From Bacillota bacterium (GTDB lineage: Bacteria; Bacillota; Limnochordia; Darwinibacteriales; Darwinibacteriaceae), in assembly GCA_012838305.1 (NCBI GenBank), contig DUPN01000065.1, positions 11,637-75,636 of the forward strand: a stretch of 64,000 nt of DNA, given 5' to 3'. Under the pieces are notes generated by a model, which saw only the letters and a list, made by a program, of their open reading frames with translations, did not search any database and was not told the origin of the DNA. A program made the translations under genes and the position numbers. Below are positions 49,966-58,213 of the stretch, piece after piece (the stretch's first letter is position 1; each line of letters begins with the position of its first letter).

Positions 49966-51264
49966 ATGGACATGGCAAAAAATAGGCAGACCCTAGGTCA
50001 GCGCCTTTTCATCAACCGTGATTACGGATTGCTCTTTTGGGGACGCCTTGTGTCCCAAGTGGGCGATGGAGTTCATTACTTGGCCCTGACATGGCTGGTG
50101 CTTGACCTGACCGGTTCAGGAACGGCCTTAGGCACCATGCTTTTTGCATCCTCCATCCCCATGGTTGTTTTGGCGCCCTTTACGGGAGTCTTGGCTGATT
50201 TGTGGGATCGCAAGACCATTGTGGTCTCCATGGATGTTTTGCGCGGTCTTATTCTGGTGGGCCTCGCCCTTATCCACAGAGCGGGTCAGCTGAATATGGG
50301 GATCCTGTATGCGGCCACCATTCTAACCTCACTATGCGGCGTACTGTTTGGTCCGGCCATCTCCGCCACCATCCCAGGACTGGTGAAGAAAGAGGAGCTG
50401 GTTAAAGCGAATTCCTTGAACCATTTTTCCCGGGCAGCTACCATGATTCTCGGCCCGGTGCTGGGTGCATTTCTCTTGGGGACAACAGGCTATTTTGGGG
50501 CGTTTTTCATCAATGGTATTGCTTTCCTTCTGTCGGCTCTGTCCGAGACCTTTATCCGTTTCCCCGAAGTGGTCCGGGATGAAGTGCCGCTGGCCTCGCC
50601 AGGGAGTCAGTTTATCCGGACATTTCAAGAGGGATTCACCTACATTTGGCGCAGTGTCGGTCTCAGAACGCTTATCTTCTATGCCACGGCGCTGAATTTC
50701 CTAGGTGCGCCTCTGCTTAATGTAGTCTTGCCCTACTTTGGCAAAGAAGTCTTGCTCCTTGAAGCCAAACAGTATGGAACGGTTCAAGCCGCACTTCCTG
50801 TGGGTTTTTTGGTAGGGACGCTTTTGGTCGGACACCTAACCAAGAAGTTCCCCAAGGAGTCCCTCCTAACCTCGGGGATCACCATGCAGGGACTGGTCGT
50901 AGGTCTGCTGGGTTTCTTTGCGGTACCATCGGTCTTTGGACGTGCCGGGATCGTGGAAACCATGGCGGCGCTCTCTGGCTCTTTGCTGTTGATCGGCGTT
51001 ATGAACACCTTGGTGAATGTGCCCTTTCAGGTTATGCTTCAGGAGACGGTGCCAGATGGTTACAGAGGACGGGTCTATGGACTTCTTGACAGCATAGGGC
51101 AGATGCTTGTTCCGCTGTCCTTGGCCTTCTCGGGAGTGTTAGTGGACACTTTTTCCACAGCCAGTATATTTATCGTCTGCGGCTTGACTACGGCTGCACT
51201 AGGTATGCGTATGGCATCCTCTGCTAGGATTAAGTTACTATACGCGCAGGGGGACGCGCCTTAA
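49966..51264 (+). CDS. MFS transporter
   Basis: 432 aa, 12 predicted transmembrane helices. MFS loop motif DLWDRK between TM2 and TM3. Confidence 0.85.
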   Translation: MDMAKNRQTLGQRLFINRDYGLLFWGRLVSQVGDGVHYLALTWLVLDLTGSGTALGTMLFASSIPMVVLAPFTGVLADLWDRKTIVVSMDVLRGLILVGLALIHRAGQLNMGILYAATILTSLCGVLFGPAISATIPGLVKKEELVKANSLNHFSRAATMILGPVLGAFLLGTTGYFGAFFINGIAFLLSALSETFIRFPEVVRDEVPLASPGSQFIRTFQEGFTYIWRSVGLRTLIFYATALNFLGAPLLNVVLPYFGKEVLLLEAKQYGTVQAALPVGFLVGTLLVGHLTKKFPKESLLTSGITMQGLVVGLLGFFAVPSVFGRAGIVETMAALSGSLLLIGVMNTLVNVPFQVMLQETVPDGYRGRVYGLLDSIGQMLVPLSLAFSGVLVDTFSTASIFIVCGLTTAALGMRMASSARIKLLYAQGDAP

Positions 51265-51296
51265 CAGGCACATAGCGAATGAGGGGTGAAAGACGC

Positions 51297-51704
51297 ATGA
51301 TTCTAGAAGTGAGAACAACGCAGGAACAGCAGTTTTTGGAGATAACAGGGGACATTCAAAGGGTCTTAGGGGCAGAAGGGGTACAGGAAGGCTTTGTTCT
51401 GGTTTACGTGCCTCACACCACGGCAGGAATCACGATCAACGAAAATGGAGATCCCGATGTAGTCAGAGATATCTTGCACAGTCTGAATGCAGTGTTTCCC
51501 GTCAAGGGAGACTATCATCATTTCGAAGGGAATTCCCACGCTCACATTAAGGCCTCTCTGATGGGCTCTTCGTGCACCATACCCATTCAAGACGGGAGGA
51601 TGCAGCTGGGAACCTGGCAGGGTGTGTATTTCTGTGAGTTCGATGGCCCGAGACAACGCAAGGTGTATGTTAAGCTGATTAAGGAGCAAGGAGGCGGGCT
51701 ATGA
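51297..51704 (+). CDS. YjbQ/UPF0047 family protein (secondary thiamine-phosphate synthase-like)
   Basis: Conserved YjbQ motifs VPHTTAGITINEN and HAHIKASLMGSS. About 135 aa. Confidence 0.8.
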   Translation: MILEVRTTQEQQFLEITGDIQRVLGAEGVQEGFVLVYVPHTTAGITINENGDPDVVRDILHSLNAVFPVKGDYHHFEGNSHAHIKASLMGSSCTIPIQDGRMQLGTWQGVYFCEFDGPRQRKVYVKLIKEQGGGL

Positions 51705-52660
51705 TCCAAGTGGAATCCCTCCAGAAAACATATCCAGGCCGCAAGGGACAGCCAGCTTGTAGGGCAGTTGACTCCATTACGTTCAGCGTGCCCAAAGGGC
51801 AGCTCCTCGGTCTTCTGGGACCGAATGGCGCGGGCAAGACTACGACTGTGAAGATGCTTTGCGGTTTGATTCTGCCAGATACCGGCCGAATTTTCGTTAA
51901 TGGTAAAGAGTTGACCCGCAGCAGGATCGCAGCCTTAGCCGACATTAGCGCGGTGTTGGAAGGTAATCGCAATATGTATTGGCGCCTGACTCCCCGGGAG
52001 AACCTGGAGTTCTTCGCCGCGCTGAAAGGCATAAATCCGGCCAAAATCCGCGGGGAGATCAATCATTATCTGGAACGTTTCAGACTTGCAGAGAAATCGG
52101 ATGTGGAGGCACGCAAACTGTCCCGGGGTATGCAGCAGAAACTGGCCATCCTAGTGGCACTGATCTCTCAGAGCAAGGTGATCCTCCTTGATGAGCCAAC
52201 CTTGGGTCTAGATGTTCAGGCTTCTCATGAGATTCGCCAGCTTCTCAAGGAGATTGTGGCTGAGCAGGGACGCACCGTTATCCTGACGACCCATGATATG
52301 AATGTAGTTCAGGATACCTGCGAACGGGTGATTATTGTCAATCAGGGTCGGGTTGTGGCCGATGACAGCGTGCACAACCTTTTGGATCTGTTCAAAGTTA
52401 GGGTGTACAAAGTCACGATTGCAGGAGAGTTAACTGGCGAACAGAGAGCGTCTCTTTTGTCTATGGAAGAGGTCCTGATCCAAGAGGAGCTGCCCCATCA
52501 GACGGTCGTCAGTGTTCGTTTGGAGAAGTCCGAAGTACTCTATGAAGTCATCGGCATTCTAGGATCCAACAATTCCGTTATTGAGTCCATTGACCAGGAA
52601 CAGAACAATTTCGAACGGGTGTTCCTGGAGATTGTGGAGGGGGGAGCGCAAGTTGTTTAG
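51701..52660 (+). CDS. ABC transporter ATP-binding protein (ABC-2 exporter type)
   Basis: Walker A GPNGAGKTT, signature LSRGMQQK, Walker B ILLDEP. 319 aa with a C-terminal accessory domain. Confidence 0.85.
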   Translation: MIQVESLQKTYPGRKGQPACRAVDSITFSVPKGQLLGLLGPNGAGKTTTVKMLCGLILPDTGRIFVNGKELTRSRIAALADISAVLEGNRNMYWRLTPRENLEFFAALKGINPAKIRGEINHYLERFRLAEKSDVEARKLSRGMQQKLAILVALISQSKVILLDEPTLGLDVQASHEIRQLLKEIVAEQGRTVILTTHDMNVVQDTCERVIIVNQGRVVADDSVHNLLDLFKVRVYKVTIAGELTGEQRASLLSMEEVLIQEELPHQTVVSVRLEKSEVLYEVIGILGSNNSVIESIDQEQNNFERVFLEIVEGGAQVV

Positions 52661-52673
52661 GAAGATCCTCTTG

Positions 52674-53432
52674 ATGCAGGCCTTTATCAAAAAGGAGTTT
52701 ATTGTCTCCAAACGGTATCTGGTGAACAGCCTGGGCGGCGTGATCACCCTTTATGTCATCTTTTTGCTCATGTTCGGAGGATACCAGGGACTAAGGAGTC
52801 TAGCTGGTGTAGGCGGCGGCACCATGGAGGGATTGGTTGCCGGTTATGTGCTCTGGCTTTTCATGCTCACAACCTACCAGGATGCATGGTACACTCTGCG
52901 TACCGAGGCCCAGCAGGGGACATTGGAGCAGCTTTATATGTCCGTGCACAGTTTTGGCTGGGTGATGGGAGCGAAGGTAGTGGCCGGATTTTTCTTCAAT
53001 CTCCTATTGGTGGCCGTCTTGCTTGGTGCAGCCCTTCTCACCACTGGGGTCACGTTGAACATAGATCTCCTCTCCCTAGGTCCCGTCCTGATCGGCACCC
53101 TCTTGGGCAGTTGGGCAATTGGTTTTGCCATTGGAGGCATTACCTTGGTTCTCAAGAGGATCGATAGCTACACCCAAATGGTGCAGTTTCTCCTGATCGC
53201 GCTGGTTGCTGCTCCCGCAGGGCGTGTGCTGTGGATGCGGCTTCTGCCCTGTAGTTTTGGGTCTGCCCTAATCTCCCGGATTATGGTTGACGGAATGAAC
53301 CTAACCCAGATCGGCATGGGGGATCTGCTGCTTGTCTATGGTATCGGCTTGGTCCATCTGGGGCTCGGCTGTGGCATCTACAAATTGTGTGAAAGAAAAG
53401 CCATGCTTCAAGGGACCCTTGGACACTATTGA
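52674..53432 (+). CDS. ABC-2 family transporter permease
   Basis: About 250 aa polytopic membrane protein directly after the ATPase. Start inferred at ATG 52674. Confidence 0.55.
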   Translation: MQAFIKKEFIVSKRYLVNSLGGVITLYVIFLLMFGGYQGLRSLAGVGGGTMEGLVAGYVLWLFMLTTYQDAWYTLRTEAQQGTLEQLYMSVHSFGWVMGAKVVAGFFFNLLLVAVLLGAALLTTGVTLNIDLLSLGPVLIGTLLGSWAIGFAIGGITLVLKRIDSYTQMVQFLLIALVAAPAGRVLWMRLLPCSFGSALISRIMVDGMNLTQIGMGDLLLVYGIGLVHLGLGCGIYKLCERKAMLQGTLGHY

Positions 53433-53490
53433 GGATACAGGGCTCCGTCCTATGGGGAGCCCTGTCGATGCCAAAAATATACTTCTGCGC

Positions 53491-54849
53491 TTAGTTGGCC
53501 AGGCCAAGAGTTTCGCTGGCTTCATCTGTTTGAAGCTTGAGGACACTCCTTTGCCACGGCCTTTTTTTGTAGATCCAATAACCATAGAGGCAAACCACCG
53601 CATTGCTAAAACTCATGGAAAACCAAATGCCAGTCGAACCCCAGTTTGTGAAGTGGCCGAATAACCAGATCATGGGGAGGCGGACAAACCAGAGCCTGCC
53701 CACTTCCATCGACATGGAGTACTTGGTGTTGCCAGTACCTTGATAGAGCCCGGCAAAGACGCTGAAGATACCCATGAGGGGTAGGGAAAGAGAAACGAAG
53801 AGTAAGTAGGTTAACCCTAATTCAATCACGGCGGGGTCATCTTTAGCTTGCATGAAGAATGTCAAAATGGGTTCGTCAAAAAGCAAACAGACTATGGCGC
53901 CAAGAACGCCGACTAGGATAGTGAGTCTGAGCGCTTTATAAAAGGCTTCTTTTACTCTGTCCATCTGATTGGCGCCCACATTTTGTCCGACAATGGTGGT
54001 GAGGGCCTGGCCCATCCCCATCGCCGGCTGCATCACCAGGGATGTAATCCGATTGACCATGGCATAGGCGGCCAGGGTTGCTGTTCCATAAGAGGCGATA
54101 AAGCCGTTCAGCACAATAAAACCCAAGGAAGCGCCGGATTGTCCAATGCTGGATGGCAAGCCCACCCGCACAATCTCCTTGAGAATGATTGGGTTCGGAC
54201 GAAAGTTCCTAAAATCGGGTCGGACTCGATTCCTTTTGCCAAAGAGCAGAACAACACCGGCTATGGATAGGAGCGCTCTGGAGACTAAGGTGGCCCACGC
54301 CGCCCCAGCAATTCCCCAATCGAGGGTGAAGATGAAAATGGGATCCAAAATGACATTGAGTATGGCGGAGCCTGCGCTGAGGAGCATGGGGGTGACAGTA
54401 TCGCCCTGGGCATGCATCATAGAGTTGACATTAAAGAACAGATAGAGAAAAGGTAGATCCAAGAACGTAATCCTTAAGTAGATGATGGCCAAATGTGCCA
54501 GATCAGCGGTGGCCCCCATCAAGCGCACAACCAGGGGCGTCGCCAAATATCCAAGGGCCGTGAAGACGATGGAGCTAGCCAGTGTGATCGCTACAAGCTG
54601 GGCGGCGTATTCTTTGGCGCGCTGAAAGTCCTTATGCCCCACCAGCTGCGACAAAAGGGAGGTACCTGCAATGGACAGGCCCATCCCCATGGAAATGAAG
54701 AGAAAGTTCACAGGCCAGACAAAGGCCGTGGCTGCAAAGTGGACGGAGGAAAGTCTGCTTACCCAGAGTCCATCGGCCAGGTTGTACAGGGTCTGAATCA
54801 GGCTATTGAGGACGATTGGTATGGAGAGAGTGGCAAGGACACGGTACAT
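53491..54849 (-). CDS. MATE family efflux transporter
   Basis: About 452 aa, 12 transmembrane segments, MATE N-terminus MYRVLATLSIPIVLNSLIQTLYNLADGLWV. The ORF-track N-terminal extension was rejected. Confidence 0.85.
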   Translation of the reverse strand: MYRVLATLSIPIVLNSLIQTLYNLADGLWVSRLSSVHFAATAFVWPVNFLFISMGMGLSIAGTSLLSQLVGHKDFQRAKEYAAQLVAITLASSIVFTALGYLATPLVVRLMGATADLAHLAIIYLRITFLDLPFLYLFFNVNSMMHAQGDTVTPMLLSAGSAILNVILDPIFIFTLDWGIAGAAWATLVSRALLSIAGVVLLFGKRNRVRPDFRNFRPNPIILKEIVRVGLPSSIGQSGASLGFIVLNGFIASYGTATLAAYAMVNRITSLVMQPAMGMGQALTTIVGQNVGANQMDRVKEAFYKALRLTILVGVLGAIVCLLFDEPILTFFMQAKDDPAVIELGLTYLLFVSLSLPLMGIFSVFAGLYQGTGNTKYSMSMEVGRLWFVRLPMIWLFGHFTNWGSTGIWFSMSFSNAVVCLYGYWIYKKRPWQRSVLKLQTDEASETLGLAN

Positions 54850-54987
54850 ATTACCCCTCAAGATGAGTTCGGACTTACTTTGTTGTCCCACAGTATTCCA
54901 CCCTAGTTGAATTTGCCCTACACCCGTCATTATATCATGCCGGCCGGCCGAAGACCATGGCAAAGGTGCGAATCCCAGCAGGTTTGC

Positions 54988-55329
54988 TTAGGATGTCTTT
55001 TGTGGAAAGAACCGTCTCAAGAGGGATTCGCTGGCTGAGACCAACAGGGCAAACCCGATCAGCGTGCCCAAGGTGGTGCGAAGGATCAGCGGCAAGCTCA
55101 CCACATAGGCGAAGAGGGCTGCGGCAGCTCCCTGCACTAAGGCCTGTAGGTTAGGGGACAAAGAACTCTGCAGGGTCATTCCAGTCAGGTAGAGATTGAG
55201 CATGGTGGCGGGGATAGCCCACAGGAGCACCGTCCACCAGGGATTGCTGTCAAAAAGAGTCAGGGTGAGTAGAGCGGCCGTGGACAGCAGGGCATACTTT
55301 CCGAGAAAGTGGGACTTATTGTACAGCAT
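54988..55329 (-). CDS. small hypothetical membrane protein
   Basis: 113 aa with 3 hydrophobic helices, downstream of the MATE gene on the same strand. Confidence 0.35.
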   Translation of the reverse strand: MLYNKSHFLGKYALLSTAALLTLTLFDSNPWWTVLLWAIPATMLNLYLTGMTLQSSLSPNLQALVQGAAAALFAYVVSLPLILRTTLGTLIGFALLVSASESLLRRFFPQKTS

Positions 55330-55381
55330 GGATCCTAACCTCCACCCATAGCTTGCACGGAAAAATTTCTAAAAATACTTG

Positions 55382-55411
55382 TTGACAAAGGCAAAAAGGG
55401 TGTGGTAACAT
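55382..55411 (+). promoter_or_regulatory. candidate sigma-A promoter for the ytrA-like operon: -35 TTGACA at 55382-87, -10 TAACAT at 55406-11
   Basis: Consensus -35, 18 nt spacer and a reasonable -10 hexamer immediately upstream of the palindromic operator. Confidence 0.4.
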
Positions 55412-55441
55412 CATAGTGTACTAGGTACCTAGTGCACTATG
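55412..55441 (+). promoter_or_regulatory. 30 bp near-perfect palindrome CATAGTGTACTAGGTACCTAGTGCACTATG, a candidate YtrA-type GntR operator
   Basis: Inverted repeat with a single mismatch. It sits between the -10 and the RBS of the GntR gene, the expected position for an autoregulatory operator. Confidence 0.5.
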
Positions 55442-55461
55442 GCGGAAAGGAGTGGTGCGAT

Positions 55462-55854
55462 TTGAGGATTGACTTCCACCCATCGCAGCCGATTTATCTG
55501 CAAATCATGGACGAATTCCGGCGCCAAATTGCCACTGGATTACTCAAGCCAGGGGATAAGATCCCATCTCAGCGGGATTTGGCAGCGACGATTAAGGTGA
55601 ATGCCAACACCGTGCAAAGAGCCTACCGAGAAATGGAGACGCTAGGGTTGGTAGAAACCCTGCGTGGTCAAGGCACCTTCATTTGTCAGGGGCGAGGAAT
55701 TGTGGAGGAGACGAGAAACGATATGTTAACCAATCTGGTGGATGATTTTGTCCGGGCCATGCAGGCCCTCGGACTTAACGAAGAAACCACCCTGGATGTT
55801 GTGAAGAAGAGATTCTCTGCAATGCAGACCACAGAAGAGGTGAAGCCAAAATGA
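55462..55854 (+). CDS. GntR family transcriptional regulator, YtrA subfamily
   Basis: About 130 aa with a GntR-type winged helix-turn-helix (IPSQRDLAATIKVNANTVQRAYREME) and a short C-terminal domain. TTG start 9 nt after AAAGGAG. Confidence 0.8.
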   Translation: MRIDFHPSQPIYLQIMDEFRRQIATGLLKPGDKIPSQRDLAATIKVNANTVQRAYREMETLGLVETLRGQGTFICQGRGIVEETRNDMLTNLVDDFVRAMQALGLNEETTLDVVKKRFSAMQTTEEVKPK

Positions 55855-56558
55855 ACGGGACATCTCCAGCACTGATGCTGCGGAATGTGAAAAAGAGTTA
55901 TCCACGAGCGGAGGCGCTCAAGGGGATTGAACTAGCGCTGCCCAAGGGAGAAATCTGGGGCCTTCTAGGTCCCAACGGCAGCGGCAAGTCAACATTGCTG
56001 AAGTGTATTGTGGGCCTGGTCAAGCCTGATGCGGGAGAAATTGAGATTGATGGCAACCCTCGTTCTCGCTGCACCAAAGGGCAGATTGCCTTTGTTCCTG
56101 AGATGGATACTCTGTACCGGTGGATGACAGTTGGGCAGACCTTAGCCTTTACCTCCGCCTTTTACCAGGATTGGGATCAGAGGCGGGTAGCTGGACTTCT
56201 GGAGTTTATGGGGCTTGACGCAGGCCAGAAGATTCGTTCTCTCTCCAAAGGGATGCGAGCGCGCCTGAAGTTAGTCTTGGCTCTAGCCCGCAAGGCCCCA
56301 TTGCTCCTCCTCGATGAGCCCTTTAGCGGCATTGATCCCGCTTCTAGGGAGAGAATCGTGGAAGGTATCGTGCGCGAGTTCAAGAGTGATGAACAGACCA
56401 TGGTTATCTCCACGCATGCTGTGGGTGATACAGAACAGCTTTTCGATGCCGTGGTCTTTCTCGATGAAGGGACCATCAGTCTCCAAGGCTATGCCGAGGA
56501 TCTGCGTAGGGAGTATGGCAAGTCCATCAATGATTTATTTAAGGAGGTTTTCGCCTAA
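55851..56558 (+). CDS. ABC transporter ATP-binding protein
   Basis: Walker A GPNGSGKST, signature LSKGMRAR, Walker B LLLDEP. Confidence 0.85.
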   Translation: MNGTSPALMLRNVKKSYPRAEALKGIELALPKGEIWGLLGPNGSGKSTLLKCIVGLVKPDAGEIEIDGNPRSRCTKGQIAFVPEMDTLYRWMTVGQTLAFTSAFYQDWDQRRVAGLLEFMGLDAGQKIRSLSKGMRARLKLVLALARKAPLLLLDEPFSGIDPASRERIVEGIVREFKSDEQTMVISTHAVGDTEQLFDAVVFLDEGTISLQGYAEDLRREYGKSINDLFKEVFA

Positions 56559-57325
56559 TGGCAAGCTTTTTTCCGTTGGTACGCAAGGATTTAGAGGCCA
56601 GTCGCTGGCCTGTGGGCATCCTCTCTGCATTGATTGTGGGATATATGCTGTTGATCCGGTTTCGGTTTCCGCCAATTGGATTATCGGAAACGGAGTCGCT
56701 GGCTGTGGCCTTGTCTTTGCCGCTGATCTTCCTCCCTCTATGGATGATCTGGCAGAGCTTTCAAGCCTTGAGAACGGAGTGGCGAGAAGATACGGTCTAC
56801 ACTCTTTTGACACTTCCAATCCCTGGTTGGCAAGTAATCTCCTCCAAGCTGGTGGGTCTGTGGGTGGAGTACAGTCTGCTGCTGGGCGTAAGCTTGGTCG
56901 GTGCGCTTGTGATCTACGGGGATGCGGTGCAAAGTGGTCTGAGGGTACTACCGAGCCTCGCTTGGGCCGTGCGAAACGGTTTCCTGCTCTATCTTTTTAG
57001 TCTCGCTGTGCTCTCTGCGATGGTCGTCTTTGTGCAGCTGGCCTATGTCATAGGCAAGATGGTAGGTCGCCTGCAAGGTCTTGTGGCTATTTGGACTCTC
57101 TTTTTGAGCGGCTGGCTGGTGGATAGATTAGGTTTACTTCTTGAACCGCTGTTTCGTTGGATGCCGCCTCTTCCCCTGCACAAGCTGTTTCGATTGGATG
57201 AGCTAAAGCAGGGGATTGTAGCCGAGTGGAATGTTGCCCCCGCGCTAGGAACTTGGCTGGGAATCCTGGCCCTGTTTATATTAACCGGCTATCTTTTTGA
57301 ACACTATGTGGAAGTCAACGACTAA
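56558..57325 (+). CDS. ABC-2 type transporter permease / hypothetical membrane protein
   Basis: 255 aa with 6 hydrophobic segments. Position after the ATPase in a ytrABC-like arrangement. Confidence 0.55.
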   Translation: MASFFPLVRKDLEASRWPVGILSALIVGYMLLIRFRFPPIGLSETESLAVALSLPLIFLPLWMIWQSFQALRTEWREDTVYTLLTLPIPGWQVISSKLVGLWVEYSLLLGVSLVGALVIYGDAVQSGLRVLPSLAWAVRNGFLLYLFSLAVLSAMVVFVQLAYVIGKMVGRLQGLVAIWTLFLSGWLVDRLGLLLEPLFRWMPPLPLHKLFRLDELKQGIVAEWNVAPALGTWLGILALFILTGYLFEHYVEVND

Positions 57326-57337
57326 GGGAGGGAGACC

Positions 57338-58150
57338 ATGAAAATCCGCAGGATAACGTTGGCGGTTCTACTCTTGATCACATTGCTCTTTGCTTTAGAT
57401 GTTCGCTATTTTCCGAAAGGTGATCCTGCCCAAAGGGAGCCATCGATTCACTTCAGTCTAGGTGGTCCGCCGCGCATCCCCCTGGTCCAGAAGGAGGTGG
57501 ATTTTGTCCAGCCGCAGGGCGCGTTCACTTCGCTCTTGATCGAGGGACACTTAGGCACGGTTGATCTGAAGTCCGTCGATGATGATCAGCTTCGCATTAA
57601 AGCCATCATTTGGGCTGATAGTGATCACGGCTTGGAACTACTGAACGTGCTGGAAACCGTCTCCGGCTCGGAAGTGCGCTACGCCCTGGTAGGCGAGGCG
57701 GAGGACCTTGTGCAGAACGCTGGGATCAGTTTCGTGGCGGGAGTTCCTGCAGGGATGGAAGTCACGATTGAGCAGGCCTTTGGAGAGGTTCAAGTCGAGG
57801 ACTTCGTAGGGTTCTTGAACTTGGAGACTAGTTTTTCCAATGTGCAGGTGGATGGACTACAGGGAACGATGAGAGTGGCGAATAGTTTCGGTGAACTGGA
57901 TCTGCGCGGGATACGGGGACCCCTTCGTCTCGAGGATGCCTATGGCACAAGTAGGGTGCAGCTGTTGAGTATGGACGGAGGTTATAACTTCGATATTGAG
58001 GTGGCTAATGGTGTTTTGCTGGGAAATGCCCCTCTGCAAATGGACACAGCGAGAAACAAAGTCACCGCCTTCGGGCAATCCGATCAAGGGGTGCATCCCA
58101 TCGTGATCCGTTCGAGTTATGGTCGGGTCACCGTGAATGTAGAAGAATGA
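57338..58150 (+). CDS. DUF4097 family beta-strand repeat protein (YvlB/LiaG-like putative adhesin)
   Basis: N-terminal transmembrane anchor and repeated G-x-V-x-V beta-strand units, ending VTVNVEE as in DUF4097 proteins. Confidence 0.65.
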   Translation: MKIRRITLAVLLLITLLFALDVRYFPKGDPAQREPSIHFSLGGPPRIPLVQKEVDFVQPQGAFTSLLIEGHLGTVDLKSVDDDQLRIKAIIWADSDHGLELLNVLETVSGSEVRYALVGEAEDLVQNAGISFVAGVPAGMEVTIEQAFGEVQVEDFVGFLNLETSFSNVQVDGLQGTMRVANSFGELDLRGIRGPLRLEDAYGTSRVQLLSMDGGYNFDIEVANGVLLGNAPLQMDTARNKVTAFGQSDQGVHPIVIRSSYGRVTVNVEE

Positions 58151-58157
58151 GGAGTAC

Positions 58158-58203
58158 AAAAAAGGAAGGAAACGCCCACCATGGTGCGTACCTTCCTTTT
58201 TTG
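58158..58203. terminator. bidirectional terminator hairpin (AAAAAGGAAGG ... CCTTCCTTTTTT) between convergent genes
   Basis: GGAAGG/CCTTCC stem with an inner ACGCCCACC/GGTGCGT stem. A-run on one side and T-run on the other. Confidence 0.5.
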
Positions 58204-58213
58204 TTCCCGTCTA

